In this document: positions 1 through 8,664 of the stretch, in pieces
Layout: each line of letters begins with the position of its first letter
How positions within the stretch are numbered: position 1 is the stretch's first letter
Assembly: GCA_964251385.1 (NCBI GenBank)
Contig: CAXUJK010000006.1
Span: forward strand, 8,280 to 72,279
Source of the DNA: an uncultured Sphingomonadaceae bacterium
GTDB lineage: Bacteria > Pseudomonadota > Alphaproteobacteria > Sphingomonadales > Sphingomonadaceae
Reading direction: 5' to 3'
DNA length: 64,000 nt
Notes under the pieces: generated by a model
What the model was told of the DNA's origin: nothing
The model's input: the letters and a program-made list of their open reading frames with translations, nothing else
Database searches by the model: none
Made by a program: the position numbers and the translations under genes

Positions 1-999
1 GCGCGCGGCGGGGCCGAGCAGCGCCGCGCCTCCGGCGTCGAGAACCCCCGCCGCGATCGCCTTGGCGACCAGCCTGTCGCCGTCGATCCCGCGCCCGTCG
101 TCCCCGACCTCGATCAGGATCTGATTGCCCGACTGGCGCGCACACACGGTCAGCGTGCCGACCTCGCGCTTGCCGGCGGTGCGGCGGACGTCGGGCATCT
201 CGATCCCGTGATCGACCGAGTTGCGGATGATGTGGGTCAGCGGATCGCGGATCATCTCGATCATTTCGCGGTCCAGTTCGACGTCGCCGCCGTCGATGTC
301 GACCACCACCTGCTTGCCGAGGTCTGCGGCGAGGTCGCGCACCATGCGCGGCAGCGCGACGAACAGGTTCTCGAGCCGCTGCATGCGCGTGCGCGTGATC
401 GCCTCGCGCATCTCGGCGATGTTGGTCGACACGGCCTCGAACGCGTTGTGGACCGCGGCGTCGGCGGGCGTCTCGCGCAAGCGACGCGTCAGCTCGTTGC
501 GCGCGAGCACGAGGTCGGACACGCCGCTCATCATGCGGTCGAGCAGGTCGACCGACAAGCGTATCGTGCGCAGCGGCTGAGCCCGCGGGCCGCCCGTGCT
601 GGCAGCGGGCGCGACCTCGACGCTATCCTCGGCGTTCTCGGACAAGGCCTCGATCAACGCACCGTCGCCGCTTCCGGCAAACTCCTCGCCGGCCTCGAGC
701 GCGGCGACCATCTCTCCGATGCGATCGATCACGGCGAGCACAGCGCTGACCAGCCGGCTGTCCGGCACGCGCCGACCGGCCCGCACGTCGGCCAGCGCAT
801 CCTCCGCCGCGTGGCTCAGCGCCTCCAGCCGCGGCAGTTCGAAGAAGCCGCAATTGCCCTTGACCGTGTGCACGAACCGGAAAATGGCGTCCAACCGCCC
901 GCGTTCGGACGGGTCCGCTTCCCACGCGACGATCTCGCCGCCGAGCGCATCGAGCATCTCGCGCGTTTCGGCGATGAATTCCTGGATCAGATCGTCCAT
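1..999 (-). CDS. cheA: Chemotaxis histidine kinase CheA, 5' part (C-terminus lies beyond the window edge)
   Basis: The minus-strand frame is open from ATG (999-997) to base 1. It is absent from the ORF track because no stop lies in the window. The translation starts MDDLIQEFIAETREMLDALG. It has the P1 His box FRFVHTVKGNCGFFELPRLE and later the CA motifs DPLTHIIRNSVDHGIE and GDDGRGID. The + ORF 208..1038 is its antisense. Confidence 0.85.
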   Translation of the reverse strand, partial: MDDLIQEFIAETREMLDALGGEIVAWEADPSERGRLDAIFRFVHTVKGNCGFFELPRLEALSHAAEDALADVRAGRRVPDSRLVSAVLAVIDRIGEMVAALEAGEEFAGSGDGALIEALSENAEDSVEVAPAASTGGPRAQPLRTIRLSVDLLDRMMSGVSDLVLARNELTRRLRETPADAAVHNAFEAVSTNIAEMREAITRTRMQRLENLFVALPRMVRDLAADLGKQVVVDIDGGDVELDREMIEMIRDPLTHIIRNSVDHGIEMPDVRRTAGKREVGTLTVCARQSGNQILIEVGDDGRGIDGDRLVAKAIAAGVLDAGGAALLGPAAR

Positions 1000-1080
1000 T
1001 GGTCCCTCTTCGGGCCCGCTATGGACGTCGCTTGGTAAACAAGCTGTTAGGCGACCTTCATCCTCCGGTATGGGGAGAAT

Positions 1081-1713
1081 TTACCCCCGGATGGTCGCTC
1101 CGAACAGCAGCACGCCGCCATCCTCCGCGACCTGCACGTCCCCGCCCGTCTCGCGCACTAGGCTGTGCACCAGCCACGCCGCCGCCGCGCGCGGCGCGAT
1201 GGCGTCGTCGCCCGTCTTGCCCGCCAAAGCCTGCTTCAACTCTGCGTCCAGCACGATGCGCGGCCCTTCCGCGCGCACGACGACCTCAACCACGCCGTCG
1301 CCCTTCTCCGCGCCGACATCGAGCCGCCCGCCCCGCACCAGCGCATCACCCGCGATCAGCGCGAGATTGAGCAGCACCTTGATCGCCGTCTTGTTGATCG
1401 CGCCGTCGTCGACCATCCAGCCGAGCTGGATGCGCCCGTCGTCTCCGAACAACCCCTCGATCGCGGCGCGCGCCTCCCTCGTGTCGACATCGTCGCCGAA
1501 ACCCCCCGCCGCGCCGAAGGCCAGCCGGAAGAACTTGAGCTTGTTGGCGGACGCACGCGCGGATTCTGACAACAGCGACAGGCAGCGCGCGCGCATGTCC
1601 GGGTCCTGCTCGTCCGCGAGCAGCTCGATCCCGTTGTTGAGCGCACCGACGGGCGACAGCAGATCGTGGCACAAACGCGAGCAGAGCAGGCTTGCGAATT
1701 CGACCGATTTCAT
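1081..1713 (-). CDS. chpT: Histidine phosphotransferase ChpT (CckA-ChpT-CtrA phosphorelay)
   Basis: 210 aa. The motif SRLCHDLLSPVGALNNGIELL and a degenerate CA-like C-terminus are typical of alphaproteobacterial ChpT. Confidence 0.85.
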   Translation of the reverse strand: MKSVEFASLLCSRLCHDLLSPVGALNNGIELLADEQDPDMRARCLSLLSESARASANKLKFFRLAFGAAGGFGDDVDTREARAAIEGLFGDDGRIQLGWMVDDGAINKTAIKVLLNLALIAGDALVRGGRLDVGAEKGDGVVEVVVRAEGPRIVLDAELKQALAGKTGDDAIAPRAAAAWLVHSLVRETGGDVQVAEDGGVLLFGATIRG

Positions 1714-2025
1714 CGTTGTTCCTGCCTACACACCGGCGACGAAGCTGACGCGCTGGGCGGCTTCATGACGCCAGGCCTTTTGGCGATGCATGGCGCGGCT
1801 GGCAAGGCGGACCCGGTTCCGGACACGCGCAGCCGCCGCCGGAAAGAACTTTCCTACACGCCGCCGACATGATTGAACGATCCCCATGCGCAGCCCGCAC
1901 CACCCTCGCAGTCTTGCCGGACCGGCGTCGCACTTTCCTGGCCACGCCAGATACGCGCGGAACCATCAACATCGTCAACTTAACACGCGATCTCACCACC
2001 AACTCGCCGCTTCGGACCTCGGGTC

Positions 2026-2976
2026 GTGACCGATTCGGAGCTTCTGCGTACGCGCATTCCCGCGGCGCACGGCGGCTGGCGGCTTGACCGCGCCCTCGCC
2101 GCGGGCCTGCCTCACATGTCGCGCGAGCGCCTCAAGGCGCTGATCGCGGCTGGTCACGTCCGGCGCGGCGACCTCACGGTGAGCGACCCGGCGAGCAAGG
2201 TCGGCGCGGACGACGATTTCTCGGTGGATGTGCCGCCCCCCCAGCCCTTGCACAACGAAGCGCAGGACTTGGCCCTCGTCGTCGCGTACGAGGACGACGA
2301 CCTCATCGTCATCGACAAGCCCGCCGGGCTCGTCGTCCACCCGGCCGCGGGCAATCTCGACGGCACGCTCGTCAACGCGCTGCTCCACCATTGCGCGGGA
2401 CGCTTGTCGGGGATCGGCGGCGTCGCGCGTCCCGGCATCGTGCACCGCATCGACAAGGACACGTCCGGGCTCATCGTCGCGGCGAAAACCGACCGCGCGC
2501 ACGAAGGCCTGTCGGCGCAGTTCGCGGCGCATACGATCGACCGGCGCTACAAGGCGATCGTCTCCGGCGTGCCCGCGATGCCGAGCGGCACGGTCGACGC
2601 GCCGCTCGCGCGTTCGCCTCACGACCGCAAGAAGATGGCGATCGTTGAAGGCGCGCGGGGCAAGCGTGCGGTCACGCACTGGTCGTTGCTGACCGCGCTG
2701 AAGGGCGCGGCGCTCGTGGAATGCCGGCTTGAGACGGGCCGCACGCATCAGGTCCGCGTCCACATGGCCTCGCTCGGCCACCCGCTGCTCGGCGATCCGG
2801 CGTACGGCCGGACGAACCCGCGCCTCAAGCCGGTGCTTGAAACGCTCAATTTCCGCCGCCAGGCGCTGCACGCGGCTTTACTCGGCTTCGAACATCCGGT
2901 ATCGAAACAAAACTTATCCTTTGTAAGCGACATGCCGCCCGATATGCAGGAACTGTTCACGGCGCTTTCCGTATAA
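2026..2976 (+). CDS. rluD: RluA-family 23S rRNA pseudouridine synthase (RluD-like, with N-terminal S4 domain)
   Basis: 316 aa with a GTG start. Contains the S4-like segment RLDRALAAGLPHMSRERLKALIAAGHV and the catalytic motifs HRIDKDTSGLIVAAK and GRTHQVRVH. Confidence 0.85.
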   Translation: MTDSELLRTRIPAAHGGWRLDRALAAGLPHMSRERLKALIAAGHVRRGDLTVSDPASKVGADDDFSVDVPPPQPLHNEAQDLALVVAYEDDDLIVIDKPAGLVVHPAAGNLDGTLVNALLHHCAGRLSGIGGVARPGIVHRIDKDTSGLIVAAKTDRAHEGLSAQFAAHTIDRRYKAIVSGVPAMPSGTVDAPLARSPHDRKKMAIVEGARGKRAVTHWSLLTALKGAALVECRLETGRTHQVRVHMASLGHPLLGDPAYGRTNPRLKPVLETLNFRRQALHAALLGFEHPVSKQNLSFVSDMPPDMQELFTALSV

Positions 2977-3035
2977 CCTTTACCGGGCCTCAAGCGAACC
3001 CAACGAGATCGCCGCCCCAGGGAGTTCATCAAGAC

Positions 3036-3935
3036 ATGGCAGCCAGAACCGTAGCCACCATCCCCGCCGCCGGCGGAGAGGCCGGGCTCAACCGCTACCT
3101 GAGCGAGATCAAGAAGTTTCCGATCCTCGCTCCGGAGGAAGAGTACATGCTCGCCAAGCGTTGGACCGAGCACGGCGACACCGATGCGGCCGCGAAACTG
3201 GTCAACAGCCACCTGCGGCTCGTGGCGAAAATCTCGATGGGTTACCGCGGCTACGGCCTGCCCGTGTCGGAGCTTATTTCCGAAGGCAATATCGGCCTCA
3301 TGCAGGGCGTGAAGAAGTTCGAGCCAGAGCGCGGGTTCCGGCTCGCCACCTACGCGATGTGGTGGATCCGCGCATCGATCCAGGAGTACATCCTGCGCTC
3401 GTGGAGCCTCGTGAAAATGGGCACCACCGCAGCACAGAAGAAACTGTTCTTCAACCTACGCCGCATGAAGAACAAGATCGACGCGTTCGAGGACGGCGAC
3501 ATGCAGCCCGAGCATGTCACCAAGATCGCGACCGATCTCGGCGTGTCCGAGGCTGACGTCATCTCGATGAACCGCCGCATGGCACGCGGCGGCGACACGT
3601 CGCTCAACGCACCCTTGCGAGAGGAAGGCGAAGGCGAGTGGCAGGACTGGCTGGTCGACAATGGCCCGCTTCAGGACGAGCGCATCGCGGACGCGGAGGA
3701 GAAGCAGGTTCGGCACGAGTTGTTGGGTGAGGCGATGAAGGCGTTGAACGAGCGCGAAAAGTTCATCCTGACCGAGAGGCGTCTGGCGGAAGATCCCAAG
3801 ACGCTCGAGGAGCTGAGCCAGGTCTACGCGGTCAGCCGCGAGCGCATCCGCCAGATCGAAGTGCGCGCGTTCGAGAAGCTGCAGAAAGCGCTGATCAACA
3901 TCGCGGGCGAACGCAGGCTGCTCCCCGCGACCTGA
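3036..3935 (+). CDS. rpoH: RNA polymerase sigma-32 heat-shock factor RpoH
   Basis: 299 aa. Has the RpoH box QKKLFFNLRRMK plus regions 2 and 4 (GNIGLMQGVKKFEPERGFRLATYAMWWIRASI; VSRERIRQIEVRA). Confidence 0.95.
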   Translation: MAARTVATIPAAGGEAGLNRYLSEIKKFPILAPEEEYMLAKRWTEHGDTDAAAKLVNSHLRLVAKISMGYRGYGLPVSELISEGNIGLMQGVKKFEPERGFRLATYAMWWIRASIQEYILRSWSLVKMGTTAAQKKLFFNLRRMKNKIDAFEDGDMQPEHVTKIATDLGVSEADVISMNRRMARGGDTSLNAPLREEGEGEWQDWLVDNGPLQDERIADAEEKQVRHELLGEAMKALNEREKFILTERRLAEDPKTLEELSQVYAVSRERIRQIEVRAFEKLQKALINIAGERRLLPAT

Positions 3936-3941
3936 TCCCGC

Positions 3942-4634
3942 ATGAAGGGGGGACGTGCGAGGCGGCTCGGCCTTTGGTTCGCCAAGGCAGTCGCTGCGTT
4001 CGTCGTCGTCACCATCCTGTGGGTGCTGGTCTACGCATTCGTGCCGCCGCCCGTCACTGCGACCATGCTCGTGAACGCGGCTGCGGGCGACAGCATCACC
4101 AAGAGTTGGCGTCGCCTGTCGTCGATCGACCCCGACATGGCGCGCGCGGCGATCGCGGGGGAAGACGGCAAGTTCTGCTCGCACAATGGCTTCGACACGG
4201 AAGCCATTGAGGACGCGTGGCGGCGAAACCAAAGCGGCAAGCGTATCCGTGGTGGATCGACGATCAGCCAGCAAACCGCCAAGAACGCGTTCCTGTGGCA
4301 AGGTGGCGGCTTCGTCCGCAAGGGCTTCGAAGCCTGGTTCACGGTGCTGATCGAAACGCTGTGGAGCAAGCGCCGCATCATGGAGGTCTACCTCAACGTC
4401 GCGGAAACGGGCATCGACACGTACGGTGTCGAGGCGGGCGCGCGTCGATACTTCGGGCATGGAGCGGACCGCCTGTCTACGAACGAGGCCGCGCGCATCG
4501 CCGCCGTGCTGCCCCTGCCCGCCAAGCGCGGTGCCATCGCACCCCGCGGCTTTACCCGACGCTACGGCAACCGCATCGCGCGCGACATCGGTACCGTACG
4601 ACGCGACGGGCTGGACGCTTGCCTGCGCGACTAA
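3942..4634 (+). CDS. mtgA: Monofunctional biosynthetic peptidoglycan transglycosylase
   Basis: 230 aa with an N-terminal TM helix. GT51 motifs are present: EDGKFCSHNGFD and GGSTISQQTAKN. Confidence 0.9.
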   Translation: MKGGRARRLGLWFAKAVAAFVVVTILWVLVYAFVPPPVTATMLVNAAAGDSITKSWRRLSSIDPDMARAAIAGEDGKFCSHNGFDTEAIEDAWRRNQSGKRIRGGSTISQQTAKNAFLWQGGGFVRKGFEAWFTVLIETLWSKRRIMEVYLNVAETGIDTYGVEAGARRYFGHGADRLSTNEAARIAAVLPLPAKRGAIAPRGFTRRYGNRIARDIGTVRRDGLDACLRD

Positions 4635-4639
4635 GGAAA

Positions 4640-4897
4640 TTAGGGCAGCTCGGATAGCTTGACTAAGTGGACTTTCTGTACTGCAGTAGGATTTCCCTGT
4701 GGTATCATTGTGCCCGCAAGGTTCGTCTCATCTATAATGTCAGCTTTAAACTCGACCACGTAATCAACATGTCCTTTCATGCCAAAAACATTTTCTAGAT
4801 CTTCCGACAACGTGTGAGTTTGAACTCGAACCTTACCTGAGATCAGCTGCCGATCGACTGTGTAGGTTCCAATATAAAAAGGCTGAGTCTCCACCAA
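4640..4897 (-). CDS. Orphan hypothetical protein in an AT-rich islet (coding status uncertain)
   Basis: An 85-codon frame stays open in a ~45% GC stretch where stop codons should be frequent. It has a TTG/GTG start, no clear SD, and no motif I recognise. An alternative 54-codon frame (4833..4997) starts at a GTG 5 nt after a GGAGG. Confidence 0.35.
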   Translation of the reverse strand: MVETQPFYIGTYTVDRQLISGKVRVQTHTLSEDLENVFGMKGHVDYVVEFKADIIDETNLAGTMIPQGNPTAVQKVHLVKLSELP

Positions 4898-5006
4898 AAA
4901 GACGCTCGGTTTCTAGAATTATTATTGAGGGCGATAAGAACTCTCGCGGTGCCCCTACCTCAGTAGAACGCATCAGCCACATACCTTCAGTACTCACTGG
5001 AACCTC

Positions 5007-5330
5007 CTAAAAAGGCATCTTGAAGCCGGGCGGCAACTGCAACCCGCTCGTCACCTTGCCCATCTCCTCGCCCGCCGCCGCATCCGCCTTGGTGCGCGCG
5101 TCGTTGATCGCGGCGGCGACCAGGTCCTCGACCATCTGCTTCTCGGACGGCTGCAGCAGGCTTTCGTCAATGTCGACCGACACGATGCGGCCTTTCGCGG
5201 ATGCGCGGATCTTGACGAGCCCGCCGCCGGACACGCCGTCGACCTCGATCGTATCCAGTTGCTGCTGCGCGCGCTCCAGCTCGGCCTGCGCGTTCTGCGC
5301 CATTTTGAGGATGTCGTCGAAATTGGGCAT
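5007..5330 (-). CDS. ybaB: Nucleoid-associated protein YbaB/EbfC
   Basis: 107 aa. The sequence MPNFDDILKMAQNAQAELERAQQQL...GGGLVKI...G and its position directly downstream of dnaX fit YbaB. Confidence 0.9.
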   Translation of the reverse strand: MPNFDDILKMAQNAQAELERAQQQLDTIEVDGVSGGGLVKIRASAKGRIVSVDIDESLLQPSEKQMVEDLVAAAINDARTKADAAAGEEMGKVTSGLQLPPGFKMPF

Positions 5331-6965
5331 TCAGGCCTCCTGTTCGCGCCCGCTGTAGCCGAGCAACTCCGCCTCGGGAAAGGCGTCCAGCGCCGCCCGG
5401 ACGAGCGGACGGTCCAGCACGTCCTGCTTTTGGCGCGCCTGATCGGCCGCCGCCTGTTCGTACAAGGTCGGCGCGGCCACCCCGTCGTTGAGCGCGACCT
5501 GCCAGGGCTCGCCCGTCAAAGCCTTGAGCGCCGCCCCCAGGTCGCGCGTCCAATCGGGTCCGAGCGGCCGATTGGGCTTGAGCACCACGCGCGATGTGTC
5601 GAGCGACACCAGTCCGACCTTGGCGCGCAGGTCCTCAGCCAGGATCCGATTGCCCGCGTCGTCGAGCGCATCGACCAGGGACGGGAAGTCGCGGTAGCGC
5701 GCCGACGGCTCGGCCGAAGCGGCAGGGGCGGACGGCGGAACGGAGGGCAGCGCGACGGCCTCGCCGTTGGCCAGCCTCGCGAGCAAGGCAGCAGGGTCGG
5801 GCATCTCCGCCGCGTGCATGACGCGCAGCAGCGCCATCTCCGCCGCTTCGAGGGGAACGGGCGCAGTGTTCACTTCGGCCAACCCCTTGAGCAGCAACTG
5901 CCACAGCCGATGGATCGTGCCGTGCCCGAGCTTCGCGCCCCAAGCGGCGTAGGCGTCGCGCTCCTCGGCCGACTGCGCGGGGTCCGCGCCGCCGCCCGCC
6001 TTGGCGCGCGTGATGCCGTGCACCGTGCCCAGAAGATCGCGCAGCAGCGCCGCGGGCTCGACGCCGAGATCGTACTGGCCGCGCACCGCCGCCAGCATCG
6101 CCGCCGCGTCGCCCCTCAGGATCGTACGGAGCAGATCGCGTACCAGTCCGCGGTCCGCGAGCCCCAGCATGTCGCGCACGTCCGCGGCCTCGACGCGCCC
6201 CTGCCCGTGCGCGATCGCCTGGTCGAGGATCGACAACCCGTCACGCGCCGACCCTTCGGCTGCGCGCGCGATCAGCGCGAGCGCCTCGGGATCCGCCTCG
6301 ACCGCCTCCGCCTCCGCGACGTGTGCGAAGTGCGCGGCGAGCTTGTCGGCGGAAATGCGGCGCAGATCGAACCGCTGGCACCGCGACAGCACGGTGACCG
6401 GCACCTTGTTCAGCTCGGTCGTCGCGAACAGGAATTTCACGTGTTCGGGAGGTTCTTCGAGCGTCTTCAGAAGCGCGTTGAACGCGTTCTTGGACAGCAT
6501 GTGGACTTCGTCGATGATGTACACCTTGAAGCGCGCGGACACCGCGGCGTAGCGCACCGCCTCCACGATCTCGCGGATGTCATCGACGCCCGTGTGGCTC
6601 GCCGCGTCCATCTCGACGACGTCGATGTGGCGCCCGTCGGCGATCGCGCGGCAGGGTTCGCACGCCCCACAAGGGTCGATCGTCGCGCCGCCCGTGCCGT
6701 CCGGGCCGACGCAGTTCAGCGCCTTGGCGATCAGCCGGGCGGTGGACGTCTTGCCGACTCCGCGAACGCCGGTGAGCAGGAACGCATGCGCGAGCCGATC
6801 GCGCTTGATCGCGTTGCCCAGCGTCCGCACCATCGCGTCCTGACCGATGAGTTCGGAGAAGCTCTGCGGGCGGTATTTGCGGGCGAGTACGCGGTATGGT
6901 GTCGCGGCGGCGGACGCGGCCGGTGCGTCGACGAAGAGCGCGGGTTCTTCCGATTCGCTAGGCAT
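5331..6965 (-). CDS. dnaX: DNA polymerase III subunit gamma/tau
   Basis: 544 aa. Contains YRPQSFSELIGQD, the Walker A motif GVRGVGKTSTARL, a Zn module CGACEPC, and YIIDEVHMLS. Confidence 0.95.
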   Translation of the reverse strand: MPSESEEPALFVDAPAASAAATPYRVLARKYRPQSFSELIGQDAMVRTLGNAIKRDRLAHAFLLTGVRGVGKTSTARLIAKALNCVGPDGTGGATIDPCGACEPCRAIADGRHIDVVEMDAASHTGVDDIREIVEAVRYAAVSARFKVYIIDEVHMLSKNAFNALLKTLEEPPEHVKFLFATTELNKVPVTVLSRCQRFDLRRISADKLAAHFAHVAEAEAVEADPEALALIARAAEGSARDGLSILDQAIAHGQGRVEAADVRDMLGLADRGLVRDLLRTILRGDAAAMLAAVRGQYDLGVEPAALLRDLLGTVHGITRAKAGGGADPAQSAEERDAYAAWGAKLGHGTIHRLWQLLLKGLAEVNTAPVPLEAAEMALLRVMHAAEMPDPAALLARLANGEAVALPSVPPSAPAASAEPSARYRDFPSLVDALDDAGNRILAEDLRAKVGLVSLDTSRVVLKPNRPLGPDWTRDLGAALKALTGEPWQVALNDGVAAPTLYEQAAADQARQKQDVLDRPLVRAALDAFPEAELLGYSGREQEA

Positions 6966-7100
6966 GAGGACTGTCTAAACGGACCTTGCCGTCGGAGCGA
7001 TACGTCCCGGCGAAGCCGTGACGTCGAACCTCGTTGCACGAGGCCGGCCGCGCTGACGCGAAAGCGAAACAGCGATAGCTGTTTCGATCTCGCGTTGCGC

Positions 7101-7194
7101 GGTGGGAGCCGGGACGACCCGGCGCGAAACTCGTTGCGGCTGCTTCCTTCCGGACCTGACCGGGTTGGCGAGAGCGCCGCCCGCCCGACTCCCA
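7101..7194 (-). ncRNA. ffs: Signal recognition particle RNA (4.5S, small bacterial type)
   Basis: The minus strand reads GGGAGTCGGG...CCAACCCGGTCAGGTCCGGAAGGAAGCAGCCGCAACG...CCCGGCTCCCACC. This carries the conserved domain IV core GGUCAGGUCCGGAAGGAAGCAGCC, and the 5' and 3' ends pair. It lies upstream of dnaX, as in many bacteria. The ends are approximate to within a few nt. Confidence 0.85.
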
Positions 7195-7231
7195 CACTTG
7201 ATATGAGCGGGTGCGCGGCTTTGGGCAAGAG

Positions 7232-7534
7232 TCAGGGTATGCGCACCGTCAATCCGTCCAAGGTCGGGTAGAGGACGATCTGGCAAGCCAGGCGCGAGGT
7301 TCGCACCGTGTTCGGCGCGAGATCGAGCAGGTCTTCCTCATCGGCGCTCGCGGCCGGAAGCCGCGCGAAGTCGGCGGCATCGACGTGCACGTGGCAGGTG
7401 GAGCACGCCATCTGCCCATCGCATGTGCCTTCGAGCGGCTGGCCGCAGTCTTGCGCGACATCGAGCAACCGGGCGCCGGCCACGCCTCGTGCATCGACGA
7501 CGCCGCTTGGGCCGACGAAGCGGACGGCGATCAT
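7232..7534 (-). CDS. fdx: Adrenodoxin-type [2Fe-2S] ferredoxin
   Basis: 100 aa. Cys ligand pattern GTCDGQMACSTCHV...LACQ. Its ATG overlaps the stop of the upstream desulfurase (ATGA). Confidence 0.85.
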   Translation of the reverse strand: MIAVRFVGPSGVVDARGVAGARLLDVAQDCGQPLEGTCDGQMACSTCHVHVDAADFARLPAASADEEDLLDLAPNTVRTSRLACQIVLYPTLDGLTVRIP

Positions 7535-8664
7535 GGCGCTTGCCGTCTCGCCGCCGCGTCGATCTCGGCGAGTGCGTCGGCAAACGCGACCCGGTCGGTT
7601 CCGCGGCCGAACCCGATACGCAGGGTGGAGCGGGCCTCGCGGTCGTTCAGCCCGATGCCGCGCAGGACATGGCTCGGACGCCCCGATCCGCTGGCGCAGG
7701 CCGATCCCGCCGACAGCGCGATGTGGCGGAGTTCGGAGATCAGCCGCGCCGCGTCAAGGCCGTCGCGGCGGATGCTCAGATTTCCGTGCCAGCGCAGGTC
7801 AGCGCTGCCGTTCAGCATCCAGCCGTCGGTAATCATCGGTTGGGCGAGCGACCACAGCGCCTCTAACGCGTCGACGTCCGCGTCCATCCGGCTCGCGGCA
7901 AGCAGCGCGGCCGCGCCGAACCCCGCGCACAAGGCGGGCGACAACGTTCCCGACCGCAAGCCGCCCTCCTGCCCGCCGCCGTGGATCAGCGGCTTGAGCG
8001 TCACGCCGTCGCGGATCCAGAGCGCGCCTATTCCCTTTGGTCCGAAGAGCTTGTGCGCCGACACTGCCACCATATCGCAAGCATGAGTGGGTACGGCGAG
8101 CCGTCCGAATCCCTGCACCGCGTCGCACAGCATGAGCGCACCCGCGGCATGCGCTAGCGCGCCGAGTTCGGCCACGGGCTGGACGACGCCAATCTCGTTG
8201 TTGACGAGCATCGCGCAGACCATGGCGGTCGTCCCGTCGATCGCGGCCGCTGCACCATCTAGGTCGATCAGCCCGTCGGCGCCTACAGGCAGCCGCGTTA
8301 CCCTCCAACCCTGCGCTTCGAGCCAGTCGCAGCAGTCGAGCACGCACGCATGTTCGGTCGCGATCGTCACGATATGACGGCGTAGCGGCGACGTCGTGGC
8401 CGCTACGCCCTTGATCGCAAGGTTGACAGCTTCGGTTGCGCCGGAGGTGAAGACGAGGCGGCCTGGTTTATGCACCACCGCATCACGAAGGTGGAGCGCG
8501 GTCATGATCTGCTCGCGCGCGACCTCCACCGCGGCGGCCGCGCGCCTCCCTTCCTTGTGCGAGGAATGCGGGTTGCCGAACGCGTCCGGCTCCAGCCACG
8601 GCAGCATGGCCGCGCGAGCCTCGGGCGCGAGCGGAGTCGTCGCCTGATAGTCCAGGTAGATCAT
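7531..8664 (-). CDS. Class V aminotransferase / cysteine desulfurase (NifS/IscS-like), copy 1
   Basis: The track ORF 7531..9027 was trimmed to the ATG at 8664 (MIYLDYQATTPL), which overlaps the upstream stop as ATGA. PLP lysine motif SAHKLFGPKGIGAL; active-site loop SAGSACASGS. Confidence 0.85.
   Translation of the reverse strand: MIYLDYQATTPLAPEARAAMLPWLEPDAFGNPHSSHKEGRRAAAAVEVAREQIMTALHLRDAVVHKPGRLVFTSGATEAVNLAIKGVAATTSPLRRHIVTIATEHACVLDCCDWLEAQGWRVTRLPVGADGLIDLDGAAAAIDGTTAMVCAMLVNNEIGVVQPVAELGALAHAAGALMLCDAVQGFGRLAVPTHACDMVAVSAHKLFGPKGIGALWIRDGVTLKPLIHGGGQEGGLRSGTLSPALCAGFGAAALLAASRMDADVDALEALWSLAQPMITDGWMLNGSADLRWHGNLSIRRDGLDAARLISELRHIALSAGSACASGSGRPSHVLRGIGLNDREARSTLRIGFGRGTDRVAFADALAEIDAAARRQAP

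Noticed and set aside
1980-1984. A possible CtrA box upstream of chpT/rluD, and a TTAA-N7-TTGC at about 61094-61108.
   Set aside because: Only half-sites are present (TTAAC alone, or a second half with two mismatches). Neither is a full TTAA-N7-TTAA.
5331-6965. A programmed -1 frameshift site in dnaX (A AAA AAG type, as in E. coli).
   Set aside because: I saw no A-rich heptanucleotide slippery sequence in the gene, so there is no support for gamma production by frameshifting.
5259-7271. Very long + strand ORFs (670 aa here; also 28640..31075 at 811 aa, 208..1038, 19230..20150, 57178..57885 and many others).
   Set aside because: They lie antisense to clearly recognisable genes (dnaX, dnaE, cheA, the TPR gene, the kinase). 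Their products are Arg/Ala/Gly-rich low-complexity sequence, the usual stop-poor antisense frames of a high-GC genome.
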